Assembly: GCA_964016885.1 (NCBI GenBank)
Contig: OZ024740.1
Location: 127,844,001 to 127,908,000, forward strand
Direction: 5' to 3'
From: Eledone cirrhosa
Taxonomy: Eukaryota
DNA length: 64,000 bases
Every line of letters begins with the position of its first letter. Position 1 is the stretch's first letter. Positions 11,330 to 23,600 of this stretch are shown here, one piece after another. The notes below the pieces were generated by a model. It worked only from the letters and a program-made list of their open reading frames with translations, did not search any database and was not told the DNA's origin. The position numbers and the translations under genes were made by a program.

Positions 11330-13610
11330 GTAGCACATTGTAAAGTATTATCCGTAGTGATAGTATTATCCGTAGTAATAGAGCACGCAGTCCATGGGAC
11401 GATTTCGATAGAAGTGGTTACACAACAGTTATTTCACCATACCGAGAACAATTGTTTCAACTTAGCGGATCCTCAGCTCGTAATGGACATGGTTATACGG
11501 AACAGGAAGGAAAACCGTATGAACGCGCATGTGTAGAAACGGTCACTTCACTCAGGCAATACTAAATTGCCTGCGAGAGGTGTAAGGGAGATAACTGCGA
11601 AAGTCCGAAAGTTTCTAGTTGATAAGAAAATTAGGATGTTGTTGTAATTCAATCCGGAGCTTTGTAATTATTTAAGAGTTGTTTCCAGACCTGTGGACAA
11701 CGTGTGAAGAATTCATTTCTCGAATCTAGGCAATCGCTATTGCGTAATCTCTTTAGAATATGTATTCGTTTATCAATACATAGTCCACACGACGGATTTC
11801 CCCTTGCGTATGGCTTTGACTTAGTGTTGGCTTTCCATTGAATGGAGTAGTCTATACATGAGTCCTTGAGGGACCATACGTGGTTTGAGAGTTTCGTGGA
11901 TGAATGTCTGTCCGAGTACCTAAAGTTCGACTGGTGGTTCAGGAAGCGTTCCTTAAATCGGCACTCCGCCATACCCACATAGGATTTGACCTCCTGTGGT
12001 TGATGTGGTCGGTTGGAAGTGACCACAGCTTCATAAACTACAGCGGGTGAGTTGCATTGTTGTTGAAGGGGACAAGTTAGGGCTTACGGAAAGAGCACCC
12101 TGGTGGGGTGTTGCTGTTAGGGCTGTTGGTGATGTGGGCCTTCATGTTCTTAGCACAGGAGTAACCTAGTTTTATTTTTTGTCGGTTAAAGATGGAGCGG
12201 TATTTATGACCTATGGGAAAGTGTCTATCTAAGAGGGCTAGAATTTGTTTGCCTACATTGGTTTTAACGTTTAGTGAGAAGAGAGGAGAGAACCAGATAG
12301 TTTGATTATTGTTACGCTTTCTTTTCTCATTGCTGTTGTTGTTAGTGGGAGAGTAACTGATGGGTTGCGAGAAGCCGCTGTTAGCTAACGCCGTGTTATA
12401 GTAGGGTGCCGCTCTGTCATAAATAGCCTGATTAGAGGAGTGGTTTGAGATTCTAGTACTGATATTATTTACGAAGTTTCTAAAAACAGTGGGAGGGTGG
12501 CATGAATCTTTGTGAATGTAATTGAGTTTTTCGTTAAGCTTATGGAAGGGTCTGTATGTGTATATGTGTGCGAAGGTCTAAATTAATGTGTAAGAAATCT
12601 ACGCTAGAGAAGTTGGTAGCAACTGTTATACTAGTCCTAACTCATTGAAGGTAGTAGCTAAGTCTTTTTAAACCGGTCGACGTCGTGACCACTTTTATGG
12701 CTCGATAAGGTCAGTCCATCATCGCAGTATATTCCCGCCTGGAAGTACGGGAATCTAACACGTATTATGTCTAAAATAAATAGGGTAACCAAGTCGCATA
12801 CGTCAGCACTGTCAAACGAAGCGATGGGGACGTCGAACAGGTCTGAAGTTGTAGACTTCTTTGCCCAGGCTACTCCGTTGTGAAGAGGAGGGTTTTCCGG
12901 CACTGAGCGATTATTTCCTTGTCTAAACCATCCACGGTAGTGTAAGTGGTAGCAAAGTCCAACGCTTTGTTTAACAGGGTCTCTGAGATCGACGCGAAAA
13001 AATAAACAATAACAAATTGTGTGAACATCGCTTTTTTGGATTTGAAGGAGTTGAACCACTTAATTACGGAATCGCTGTCCTCCCACTGCGACAGGTTGGA
13101 CTTGGTCTTAATGGTCTTAACTATGTTTTTAAGTATGGCCTTACTCACTAGTCCCATATCTGTGCGTGCTGCGTTTAGTAGTATACATGTGGGGTTAGAA
13201 GTAAAGTGTACCTTGTGATCTTTCAGGGTGAGGGACGCATCCCGCTTAGCTAGAGATTGTAGCTTCTTATCTACCTTAAGGGCGGCGGCAAGTTCTTTGG
13301 CTTCTGTATTAATGTCTTGTTAGGCAATAGGGTTAGCTTTCTTATATTTGGAAGTAATAGCGTTATGGGCCAAGAAATTTAGGTATTCTAATAACACTTT
13401 CGGTCTTTCCGACAAAACTAATAATATTTACGAAGTCGACAACACCACTTACAGCCACTTGGCCCCATGGATTGTGTCTATGATATTCCTTTATTAAATT
13501 TCGAATATCTGATGATGTCACGGCATTCATAATGAACCGGGTCATTGAAATGTTCAAAGTATAATAAACCTTTAAGGAATTACACCTGTCCAGTCTCCTG
13601 TCATGTTATA
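11326..13610 (-). mobile_element. Decayed second Naiad-like PLE (RT and GIY-YIG fragments plus 3' pseudo-LTR)
   Basis: ORF pieces ASFDSADVCDL, GIYCDDGL, TCPL..C..VVYEA, SYVGMAE.RFKER, CGLC..RNE..CP with frameshifts. Confidence 0.88.
11443..11480 (-). ncRNA. Minimal type I HHR (canonical CUGAGGA core, no stable helix II, palindromic helix III)
   Basis: Reverse complement reads cgag-CTGAGGA-tccgctaagtt-GAAA-caattg-TT-ctcg. Confidence 0.8.
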
Positions 13611-13674
<64 letters not shown>

Positions 13675-13682
13675 ATATATAT

Positions 13683-15520
13683 ATATTGTTATGTTTTGGG
13701 AGCGTCATGTTGCCAATAAGAAACACACGCACCAGGTGCTTTCACTCCAATTTATTATAAATTAAATTTATAAATTTAGGAATTTATAAATTTCCGGTTG
13801 TTTGATTGGTTCCATAACCGGACGGTTGTTCATATATTGTCAAAGTTCTTTCGTCACACATTCTGTGATCCCTTCAGTGACTGGGGATTATTTTCTTTGT
13901 TTTGTGCCTCTCCTTTGTTCTGTCCTACGCCATCTTGTTTTTGTGTGTGTTGTGTGCTTAGTTTGCGCATGTGTTACATCTGGGTGTCTCTGTGTGATTT
14001 TATTTGTTTATTTATTTGTTTATTTACATGTTATTGGTTGGTTGTTTGTTCTATGTGTGTGTGTGTTTTCATTTTGTCCTTAATTGTAAGTTGTGATGTT
14101 GCTATTCCATTCATGTTTTCTATTTAATTTTAGTTGGAGTTCATTTATGTTTATTGCCTCTGTGATTTGTCTAAATATTGCGTCTTTTCTGTGTGTAGAT
14201 TCTATTTTTATTTCTATGTTCTCTAATTTGCCCTTATGTTCTATTTTAGCATGTTGGTTGAGTATTAATGATTCTTTTTATCTTGAAGTTCTCGCCAGTG
14301 TTCATATAACCGTTCTTCTATACTACGAGCTGTCTCACCGATGTACACTATATTCTTATCTTTACATTGTCCTTCAGTACATCTTATGCTATATACTACA
14401 TTTCTAGTTTTACAGTTAATATGGGGGCTTGGTTTACAGATTATGCATTTCTTCTCTATACAGGGAGGTCTTTGAAAAGGGTATGTATTGCTAATATGGG
14501 GTTTTATGGAAATACCTGGTCTTTCTACTATCGTAATATTAAGTTTATGTTTATCTATGTCTCTTCTAAATGTGTAAGCTAATTCACCTCTAGGGGTTGT
14601 ATTGATCAAGACAACCCCTAGAGGTGTATTAGCTTACAAATTTAGAAGGGCCCTAGATAAACATAAACTTAATATGAAGATAGTAGAAAGACCAGATACC
14701 TCTATAAAAACACTTATTAGCAATACATACCCTTATCAAAGACCTCCCTGTATATATAAGAAATGTATAATATGTAAACTAAGCCCCCATATTAACTGTA
14801 AAACTAGAAATGTAGTATATAGCATAAGATGTACTGAAGGACAATGTAAAGATAAAAATATAGTGAACATAAGTGAGACAGCTCGCATTATAGTATAACG
14901 GTTAAATGAACACCGGCGAGAACTTCAAGCTAAAAGAGAATCATCAACACTCCACCAACATGCTAAAATAGAACATAAGGGCAAATTAGTGAACATAGAA
15001 ATAAAAATAGAATCTACACACAGAAAAGACGCAATGATTAGACAAATCACAGAGGCCATAAACATAAATGAACTCCAACCAAAATTAAATAGAAAACGTG
15101 AATGGAATAGCAACATCACAACTTACAATTAAGGACAAAATGAAAACACACACATAGAACAAACAACCAACCAGTAACATATAAATAAACAAATAAATAA
15201 ACAAATAAACACACACACAGCCACCCGGATGTAACACATGCGCAAACTAAGCACACAACACGCACAAAAACAAGATGGCGTAGGACAGAACAAAGGAGGG
15301 GCACAAAACAAAGAAAAGAATCCCCAGTCACTGAAGAGGTCACAGAATGTGTGACGAAAGAACTTTGACAATATATGAACAACCGTCCGGTTATAGAACC
15401 AACCAACCGGAGATTTATAAATTCTTAAATTTATGAATTTAATTTATCATAAATTGGAGTGAAGCAACTGGTGCGTGTGTTTCTTATTGGCAACATGACG
15501 CTCCCAAAGCATAGCAATAT
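13683..15520. mobile_element. ~1.84-kb head-to-head palindrome of a PLE 3' end (GIY-YIG with Cys-rich linker plus pseudo-LTR)
   Basis: Arms 13683-14605 and 14606-15520, centre ttgatcaa; CIEKKCIIC..CKTRNVVYSIRC..YIGETARSIEERLYEH. Confidence 0.9.
15327..15369 (+). ncRNA. Type I HHR, canonical core, very short helix III
   Basis: gtca-CTGAAGA-g gtcaca gaatg tgtgac-GAAA-gaac-TT-tgac; mirror copy at 13839-13881 (minus) has core CTGAAGG. Confidence 0.75.
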
Positions 15521-15648
15521 CGGTTTCAACACACATTTTCAGACAAAGAATCTTGCTAAACAAATTCAGAAACGATATATTTATATATATATATATATAT
15601 ACATACAATAAATATAATGGAATATTATATTATATATATATATATATA

Positions 15649-15730
<82 letters not shown>

Positions 15731-15888
15731 AGCCGAAGGGATATTTAATTTGTTGGTAATTCAACAAATATAAATGTTTATAACTGATTTAGAGCACTCG
15801 ACATTTTTCTGGAGTAAATATCCAATAATATTAAATAAATGGAAACTATATCTATAAAACCATATTTATTCTGTAATATTTATTGTAT

Positions 15889-16028
<140 letters not shown>

Positions 16029-16038
16029 GTATATATAC

Positions 16039-16071
<33 letters not shown>

Positions 16072-17585
16072 TGTAATGAGAGTTTGGTATATATGTGAGA
16101 GGAGAGTGGGTGAGAGAGATTATTTATTGAAACGTATATACTTAAATATACATGTATATTCTCATTCAGGAGAATACACGTCTTAATATTTCTATATATA
16201 TATATGTACGCTTTAGTTATAATATTTCTGGTTAAGTTCTGTGTTCTTTTAGTTCATTTATTAAATACATTTATATATTTTCTACGTAAAGTCGCTGAAC
16301 TTGTTATGATTTTCTTTAAACTTTTCTTTTGTTTTTTTTTGTTGTTGTTTTGAATAATTCGTTTTTGTTTCTCGACGTTTTTATTTTTATTTATTTTTTT
16401 GGTTATTTTTTCAACTCGATTTTCTATGTGGAATATGGTAAATTTTGAACATCATAAAACATGATTGAGAAATAAAAATTTGATAAGCATCGCTAAGCTC
16501 ATTTTTGAAGAGTTAAATCCAGACAGATTTAAATATAGCTTAAACATTTACTATTATAAAAGCATTAGGAAAGTTAATCTCTGTTTACGAATGCAACTAT
16601 TAATTTCTTATTCCTTCTATCGTGTTCTTTTGTTTTTGTTTTATTTGAACTTTAATATTACACTTACTTCGTTTGTTTGCCTTTTCTTAATATGCTATCT
16701 GTTTACTATGGTTTCAAATAAGCTATAGCCCTGATTATCAGTCATCGTTCTTTATCTCTAGATTTTGTGTTTTGGTTTGAAACCTAATTAAGCATATAAA
16801 TCATATTTATAAGAACGTGCTTGTGCAGTGTGTGTATATATATGTGTGCGTGTGTGTGTATGTGTATGTGTGTGCGTACATATGAGTATATCCATATGCA
16901 TTATTTTATATATTTATGTCCCGCATAAGCCTGAATGTTAAACGGTATATATTTTTAAACAAAAATTGTATTTTACATACAGCTAAATCTATTTATATTT
17001 TAATCCTTGCATACACACTCACGTATGTATTTCTTTCCAGTAAGAAAATATACAATACCAAACTTTTGCAGTTGGTATACTGTCGGTCATAATACCACTC
17101 AATAAATCAATATTCTTAGGATATTGAAAGTAGAAAAGACCAGATCCCTGTAAAAGAAACTGCTTTTGCTGACATATATCCAGACATGACATTGCTAGAA
17201 TCTTAAACATATTCAGGTAATACGCGCTGTTATTTTAAAACATAACAGCACCATGAATCACTCTACACATCGAAAGTATTCTATTAATATTTTTAGATAC
17301 GTTCATGCTCAGAAGGCATAATGCGGCATCGCCTTTCATAATCGATACAAGTATATTATCTAATAACAATCCTTGAACAAATGTTATAGATCTCCTTGGA
17401 GACGAAAGACAAATTACCCAAAATTTATATGGAATTAAAAAGGCCGTGTCTAAACACAGCAATGACATGTTTAATGTAGGATTAGATTTGTTAGCACTGT
17501 GCTGATATAAACAAACAAACAAACAAACAAACACACACACATATATATAAATATATATATATATGAATGAATAAATAAATATATA

Positions 17586-17616
<31 letters not shown>

Positions 17617-17680
17617 GTCTATATATGTATATATATATATTTATATATATATATAAATAAATAAATATATATATATATAA

Positions 17681-17767
<87 letters not shown>

Positions 17768-17772
17768 TACAC

Positions 17773-17816
<44 letters not shown>

Positions 17817-20800
17817 CTTCTGAAACATTGGAAAATACTTTTTCTGATCATGTTTTTACCGACAAACTTGTAAGTACATATTTGAACTGCAAATTTCCAA
17901 CCACTGTATAAATTATCATATACATGTGTTCTTGAATATCCTCAAATAACTAAAACTCGCACTCTCACACATAAGAGAGTATATATGATAAAACGATGCG
18001 TTTATAATCATCCAATTTGTTCTGAGAATGAAATCGAGCTTCTCATAAATACATGGTGTTGTCTCTCTCAAATTGAAAATAGTGACGCTCCGTGTCCGAA
18101 TCTTATTGCCGAAAAAATAAACAGCCCATCTGTTCAATACGTGGAGAGTGAAACAGATACGAAGCAAAATAGGAGACTTACTGACTGAAGTGGCCACCAG
18201 TTCTTCACATTCAGATTCCACTGAATGACTTCAGAGACAAGCCATGAAGAAAAACACAATTTTCATCTTCTACTGCTACTATTATTAACATTTCTCCCAC
18301 CTCAACTAATAATAAACCACTGCATTTTCCTCTACATATCTAACTCAGGAACCAGTACTACTTCACCTCATCCCCAAAGTACTACGAAATTTCTGTCAAA
18401 ATCCAAGAAACAGCATAACACACTACAAAACAAACAAACAAAATATATTGTTATCCAATACTGCAGTGGCTCTGCACACACAGTGACTTCATCTTCACGC
18501 ATATACCTGGGACGCGACGCATAATTCTTATCAAGACTCCCAGCCAAACCCACAATAACATCAGAACCACCAAATACAAGATTAAATATAACACAGAATC
18601 CTAAAATCTGCATTATGCCCAACACGAGTCTGCAGTGTGACTGTCCTTTCACTCGTTTTCTTGAGACTCGACGCACTAACGGAAACGGGTCACTGAGCCA
18701 ACATCTAACCTACAGTAAAACCACCCCCTTCTGCAGTAATGCTGTTCCAAAATTTTCACGAAGGTACAAAAACACAACCAAAAGTAGAAATTATAATCTT
18801 ATCCAACAGTGCAACCACACTTCCAGTCAGCAATTGCTTCCTAAACAAGAAACTTATTTTTGGCCATGATGAACCTGGTATAAATACAAAAAGGCTTCTA
18901 GCCATCACAGAACACCATCCTATGCTATTACCCAAGGGCACCCACTCCCCTATTGATGTAACTAAAACACAAGTACAAAGCAGGCCACTTGAAACTGTCA
19001 AGACCATCCACTACTCTAGCTTCAACATTTGTACTCTTTGCATAATGTGCCTGCCCTTCCACCAATGCACAAAGATAGATGGTCCAATTTATTGAGGATT
19101 TGGTTGACAAGCATCCACGGCCCACACTTTTTTCATCTTAAGTGAAACCCATCTCGACAACTCCCACCTGGAAGCCTACGTGAAAGTGAGGAATTTTAGA
19201 ACTATCCGCGCGGATCTTGTCGGCAGAAGGAATGGAGGAACTGGCATTTTCCTTCGTGATTATTTAACGGAAGAATGGAAATAATATATTCTACAATGAC
19301 TACTGCGAATCACTCACCGTCCACAAAAAGCCAATGATTTGATATTAGTTGTGCTGTATAGGCCACCATAAAGGCCCATACTTCGCTTCAAAAAGTGCCT
19401 CAACAGTATTAAGTGTTTTATACAAAAGAGCCATTCTGGTAAAATAATATGAATGGGAGATTTTAATTTAATTTGTGTTGATTGATCTACAAACTGTTTG
19501 AAACCTTGTTCTTCCACCTCAACAAGGCAGCAGTAGAATCACTTCTTGATTATGTGGATAAAAGCTTCCTGTCCCAACTTGTTCATGCACAAACAAAATA
19601 TCAGAAACTCAATTTGGACCTGGTGTTTAGTAACCACACTAATACTATGCACAACATTACGGTGGAGAAAACTCTTCTTTCAGAGCATGACATGAATCTC
19701 TGTAACATGAGATTCCACCAACCGAAAGCTAAACCCAATGACATCTCTGCAGCCCACTTATATAATAACACGGATCTTCATAATGCAAAGTGGGATGGAA
19801 TCACTAACGATCTTTCACATGTTGACTGGTCTTTCAAACACGCACACATCTCTACCAACATCAAAAGATCTGGCAGATATTTGTAGTCACTGTTACAAAC
19901 ACACCCCATACGAATCTAATTACAGAATTCCTCAAACCATATAAACATCTATTATCAGAAAAATAAAAAGAACACACAAAATAAAACAAACTAAAATACT
20001 GCCAATAGCAATACACATTCAACTGCTATTGCGCTGATCAAATCGTCGAATCGAAAAAGTATAATCTTCAAAGATGAGTGAAAATCATCATCAATAACCA
20101 AATATCAGGTGTGGAATAATGGGCTATTGAGAAAATCAAACTCAACCCCAAAGAGTTATTTTCATTTGCGAAGAAACACAAGAACACAGTCTCCACTGTT
20201 GGCCACATGGTTGATAACAAATTGCAATCCGCAAGACAATGTTAAAACTATAGGTGAAATCCTGCAGACGCATAGCTTCTCTTTGTTTTCACCGATCCTG
20301 ATATGGGTGTTCTGCGCTGTATCAGTGAAGTTAATCTCCAACACACTATATGTGACATAAAGTTTGAAGTTGCTGGTGTGTAGCAGCAAAAACACTCAAG
20401 AGTAGGCCCTGATATGTTACTGCTAGAGTCCTGAAAGTGTGTTGACACCAAGTTGCATCTCCTCTAGCTAATTTGTGGAGGAATTCCCGGGATGTTGATT
20501 ATATCACTGAAAACTTTCTGTCCCACTCTGCTGTCCCAGTTTTCAAAACGGAAAATAAGTTACTTTCAGTGAATTACCAACTGACCTCAGTCATCTCCCA
20601 AAATTAAAGTAATTCAGAGGGTCGTGAGATCATGAACAACTGAATTCCTGGAAGCAACAAACAAGAGAACTACAACCAACATGGGTTTCGTAATGGCAGG
20701 CACTGTCTAACGCATCTCCTGCATCATTTTGATGACATTTTAAGAGCTTTAAAAGGGATTTCCAAATCTGATGTTAAATAACTTGTTTTCATTGGAGAGT

Positions 20801-21022
20801 TGGATAGGGTTGATCACAACATTCTGTGAAAAAAGATATCTCTATTAGGTATCACTAGAACATTACTACAATGGATAAAATATTTCCTGACAAACTGATT
20901 CCAAAATTTTGTGTTCGAAGGAATATAAGCAAGCTCAGCCAAAGTCAATAATAACGTTCCACAAAGCATTGTGTTGGGCCCAGTTCTTTATTTATATCAA
21001 TGACATTATCGACGTCATTAAG

Positions 21023-21213
21023 TAGGGCGGTGGATTGGCAGTATTGGGAGAGGGTCGGACGCCATGCTTTCACGTATAGAGTTACGGCCCTTGCCATTCT
21101 GAGTCCAAATCCGCCGAGGTTAACTTTGCCTTCCATCCTTATGGGGTCGATAAAATAAAGTACCAGTAATGCACTGGGTAATTGCTGGCCTTGTGCCTAA
21201 CGTAGAAACAATT
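21023..21213 (+). mobile_element. Full-length tRNA-derived SINE (Meta/MESC-like core) with ~18-bp TSD
   Basis: A-box-like tggcagtattgg, B-box-like gagtccaaatcc, core ttccatccttatggggtcgataaa; TSD attatcgacgtcat(t/c)aag at 21005 and 21211. Confidence 0.88.
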
Positions 21214-21796
21214 ATCGACGTCATCAAGCACAATAACATAATAATATTTGCAGTTGATTCCAAGCTTCAGAAGGAGATAAGACATGCTTTCAATCGGATC
21301 TAGTTTCGGTCATCAAATGAACGAGGACAAATTAAAACTAATCAAATTTGGAAAATAGGATGTTCTGAAACTATCATATTCTCTGCTCTTAGGTGAAATC
21401 CCACGTTCAACAACGCAAGAGACCTGTGAGCAATTTTTCATAACAACCTAATCTTGGCAACTCTTATAAATACCAAAGTTGATTAGACCTCAGCATGTGT
21501 TCCTCGATTCTAGGGAATGTCCATTCGAGAGACATCCACACGATAAAGTTTCTGTTTTCTACTTTTGTCCGGTCCCACCGCGACTAATGTTGTCCATTGT
21601 GATCACCCCACAAGAAACATAGAATTATGAATATTGATGCACCTCAAATGTCAATCACAAAAAGTATAGACGGCATGACAAGCCGTGACTGTTGAGGTCG
21701 ACTAGACGAACTCAATCTCTGCTCTATCCAATGCCACCATGAGTGCTACATTATCTGCAAGGTGTGGAATAAATGCCATCAGCTTTGAGATAAGTA

Positions 21797-22160
21797 TGTG
21801 GTTGTGATGGTGTTGGTTGTGACAATGGTGGTGGTGGTAGTGCGGTTGGGATGGTTGTGGCAGTGGTGGTGGTGGTAGTGTGGGTGTGATGGTGTTGGTT
21901 GTAGCAATGGTGGTGGTGGTAGTGCGGTTGAGATGGTTGTGGCAGTGGTGGTGGTGGTAGTGTGGTTGTGATGGTGTTGATTGTGGCAATGGTGGTGGTG
22001 GTAGTGTGGGTGTGATGGTGTTGGTTGTGGCAATGGTGGTGGTGGTAGTGTGGTTGTGATGGTGTTGGTTGTGGTAGTGTTGGCGATGGTAGTGTGGTTG
22101 TGGCAGTGGTGGTGGTGGTAGTGTGGTTGTGGCAGTGGTGGTGGTATTAGTGTGCTTGTG
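21797..22160. repeat. GGT-rich compound minisatellite
   Basis: Repeated units such as ggttgtggcagtggtggtggtggtagtgtggttgtgatggtgtt. Confidence 0.9.
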
Positions 22161-22876
22161 ATGATTATGGCCGCGGTGAAAAAGTCTGAAAAGTTTGAGG
22201 TCAAGCTTTCGGTTGATAGGCGGTGGAGAGTGTGGGTGGTCTTAGTGGTATATAGGAAATTTAGTGTTGTTCATCGCAGTAGTAGTGTTTATTACTGAGA
22301 ACCATTTGAGTTTGATAGGCAGCTCGGCAAAAGCTGGCTTCAAGATTTAGTTGGATCCTGCCGTCTAGTCACTGAATTAATATCTAGACGAACTCAATCT
22401 CTGCTCTACCCAATGCCACCATGGGTGCTACATTATCTGCATGGTGTGGAATATATGCCATCAGCTTTGCGATAAGGATGTTTGCACCATCTTCTAAATA
22501 GCCATAAAGCATCTTGCTAGAGTGGGAACTTTTAAAACTTGATGGATACAAGCCATTTCCTCTCCAGGTCTAAATACAACCAATGTCTGCCAGAGAAATT
22601 GCAAGATTGATTCTTTTCTATCGACTACAAAATGTTGACCTCGGTGGGATTTGGACTCAGAGGACAGAGACTCAGAACGAATACCGCAATGCATTCTATC
22701 TGAAGTTCTAACGATTTGTAGCTATGTGAGTGTGTGTGTGTGTGTGCATGTGTGTGTATGCATGTGTGTGTGTGTGTGTGTGTGTGTGTATGCGTATGTG
22801 TGTATGTGTCTGTGTGTGTTTGTGTCTGTGTATGTATTATTTGTAAATGGATTTTTAAATATGTATTATGTCATTC

Positions 22877-23000
22877 AAGATGGCGAATTGGCAGAATCGT
22901 TAGAATATCGGATAGAAGGTTTTGCGGTATTCACTCTGTCTCTCTGAGTTAAAATCACACTAATGTCAGCTTTGCCTTTCATCTATTTAAGGTCGATAAA
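22877..23000 (+). mobile_element. Diverged SINE fragment
   Basis: ggcgaattggcagaatcg...ctgagttaaaatc...ctttgcctttcatct..ggtcgataaa. Confidence 0.7.
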
Positions 23001-23130
23001 AATCTGTAACCCTGTTTTGCTTCTCAATCTGTAACCCTATTTTGCTTCCACTCTCTTACTCTCTATCCTTCTCTGTAAGAAATCTACTCTATTCGGACCT
23101 TGAGTTGAAATAGGCTCAGGCTGGTTTAAA

Positions 23131-23316
23131 GTAATTGTTTCTACTCTTAGCAAAAGGACAGCAATTACCCAGTGCATTATTGGTGCTTTATTTTTCCGAC
23201 GCCGTAAGGATGAAAGGAAAAGTTAACCTCGGCGGGATTTGAACTCAGAATATAAAGACCATATCTCTATACTGCAAAGCATGGTGTCTGCTGCTCTACC
23301 GATACTGCCAATCCAA
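23131..23316 (-). mobile_element. tRNA-derived SINE
   Basis: Reverse complement of the 21023 SINE (taattgtttctac...gttaacctcggcgggatttgaactcag...tactgccaatcca). Confidence 0.85.
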
Positions 23317-23339
23317 TGCTCTAGAAACTCCGTATGTAA

Positions 23340-23600
23340 ATACGTCGCCACTATGTCTCACCAGGATTTACGTTACTATACATACATATATGGTGGCTGC
23401 CAACTCGTTTTCGAGTACGGCCACTACTTTATATCCATGTAGGAGAACCCCTACCGATGCGCTGAACGAGTGTGACTTTTTAGTCTAGCCAGCGACTTGA
23501 AAACTCTGGTACAAACACTACACTTGTGACAATTATTGACACATAGTGCTGGGCCCATGGTACCATGTGACGACAAGTGCAGAGAGATCTCCAGATATAT
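23340..23600 (-). mobile_element. 3' end of RTE-type LINE with C-terminal C2H2 finger
   Basis: HKCSVCTRVFKSLARLKSHTRSAHR* followed by a short UTR; single terminal finger typical of RTE ORF ends. Confidence 0.55.

Larger units (their letters stand above)
19100..22720 (+). pseudogene. Heavily decayed CR1/L2-group LINE (APE + RT remnants)
   Basis: Fragments LSETHL, RAD..GRRNGGTGIF, VVLYRPP, MGDFNL, LDLVFSN, QHGFRNGRHCLTHLL, VPQSIVLGP, IFAVDSKL, with many stops and frameshifts. Confidence 0.75.

Noticed and set aside
21023-21120. tRNA genes
   Set aside because: The A/B boxes belong to SINE heads; no cloverleaf
23451-23535. Host C2H2 zinc-finger gene
   Set aside because: Single finger followed by a stop, no TGEKP linker; fits an RTE C-terminus
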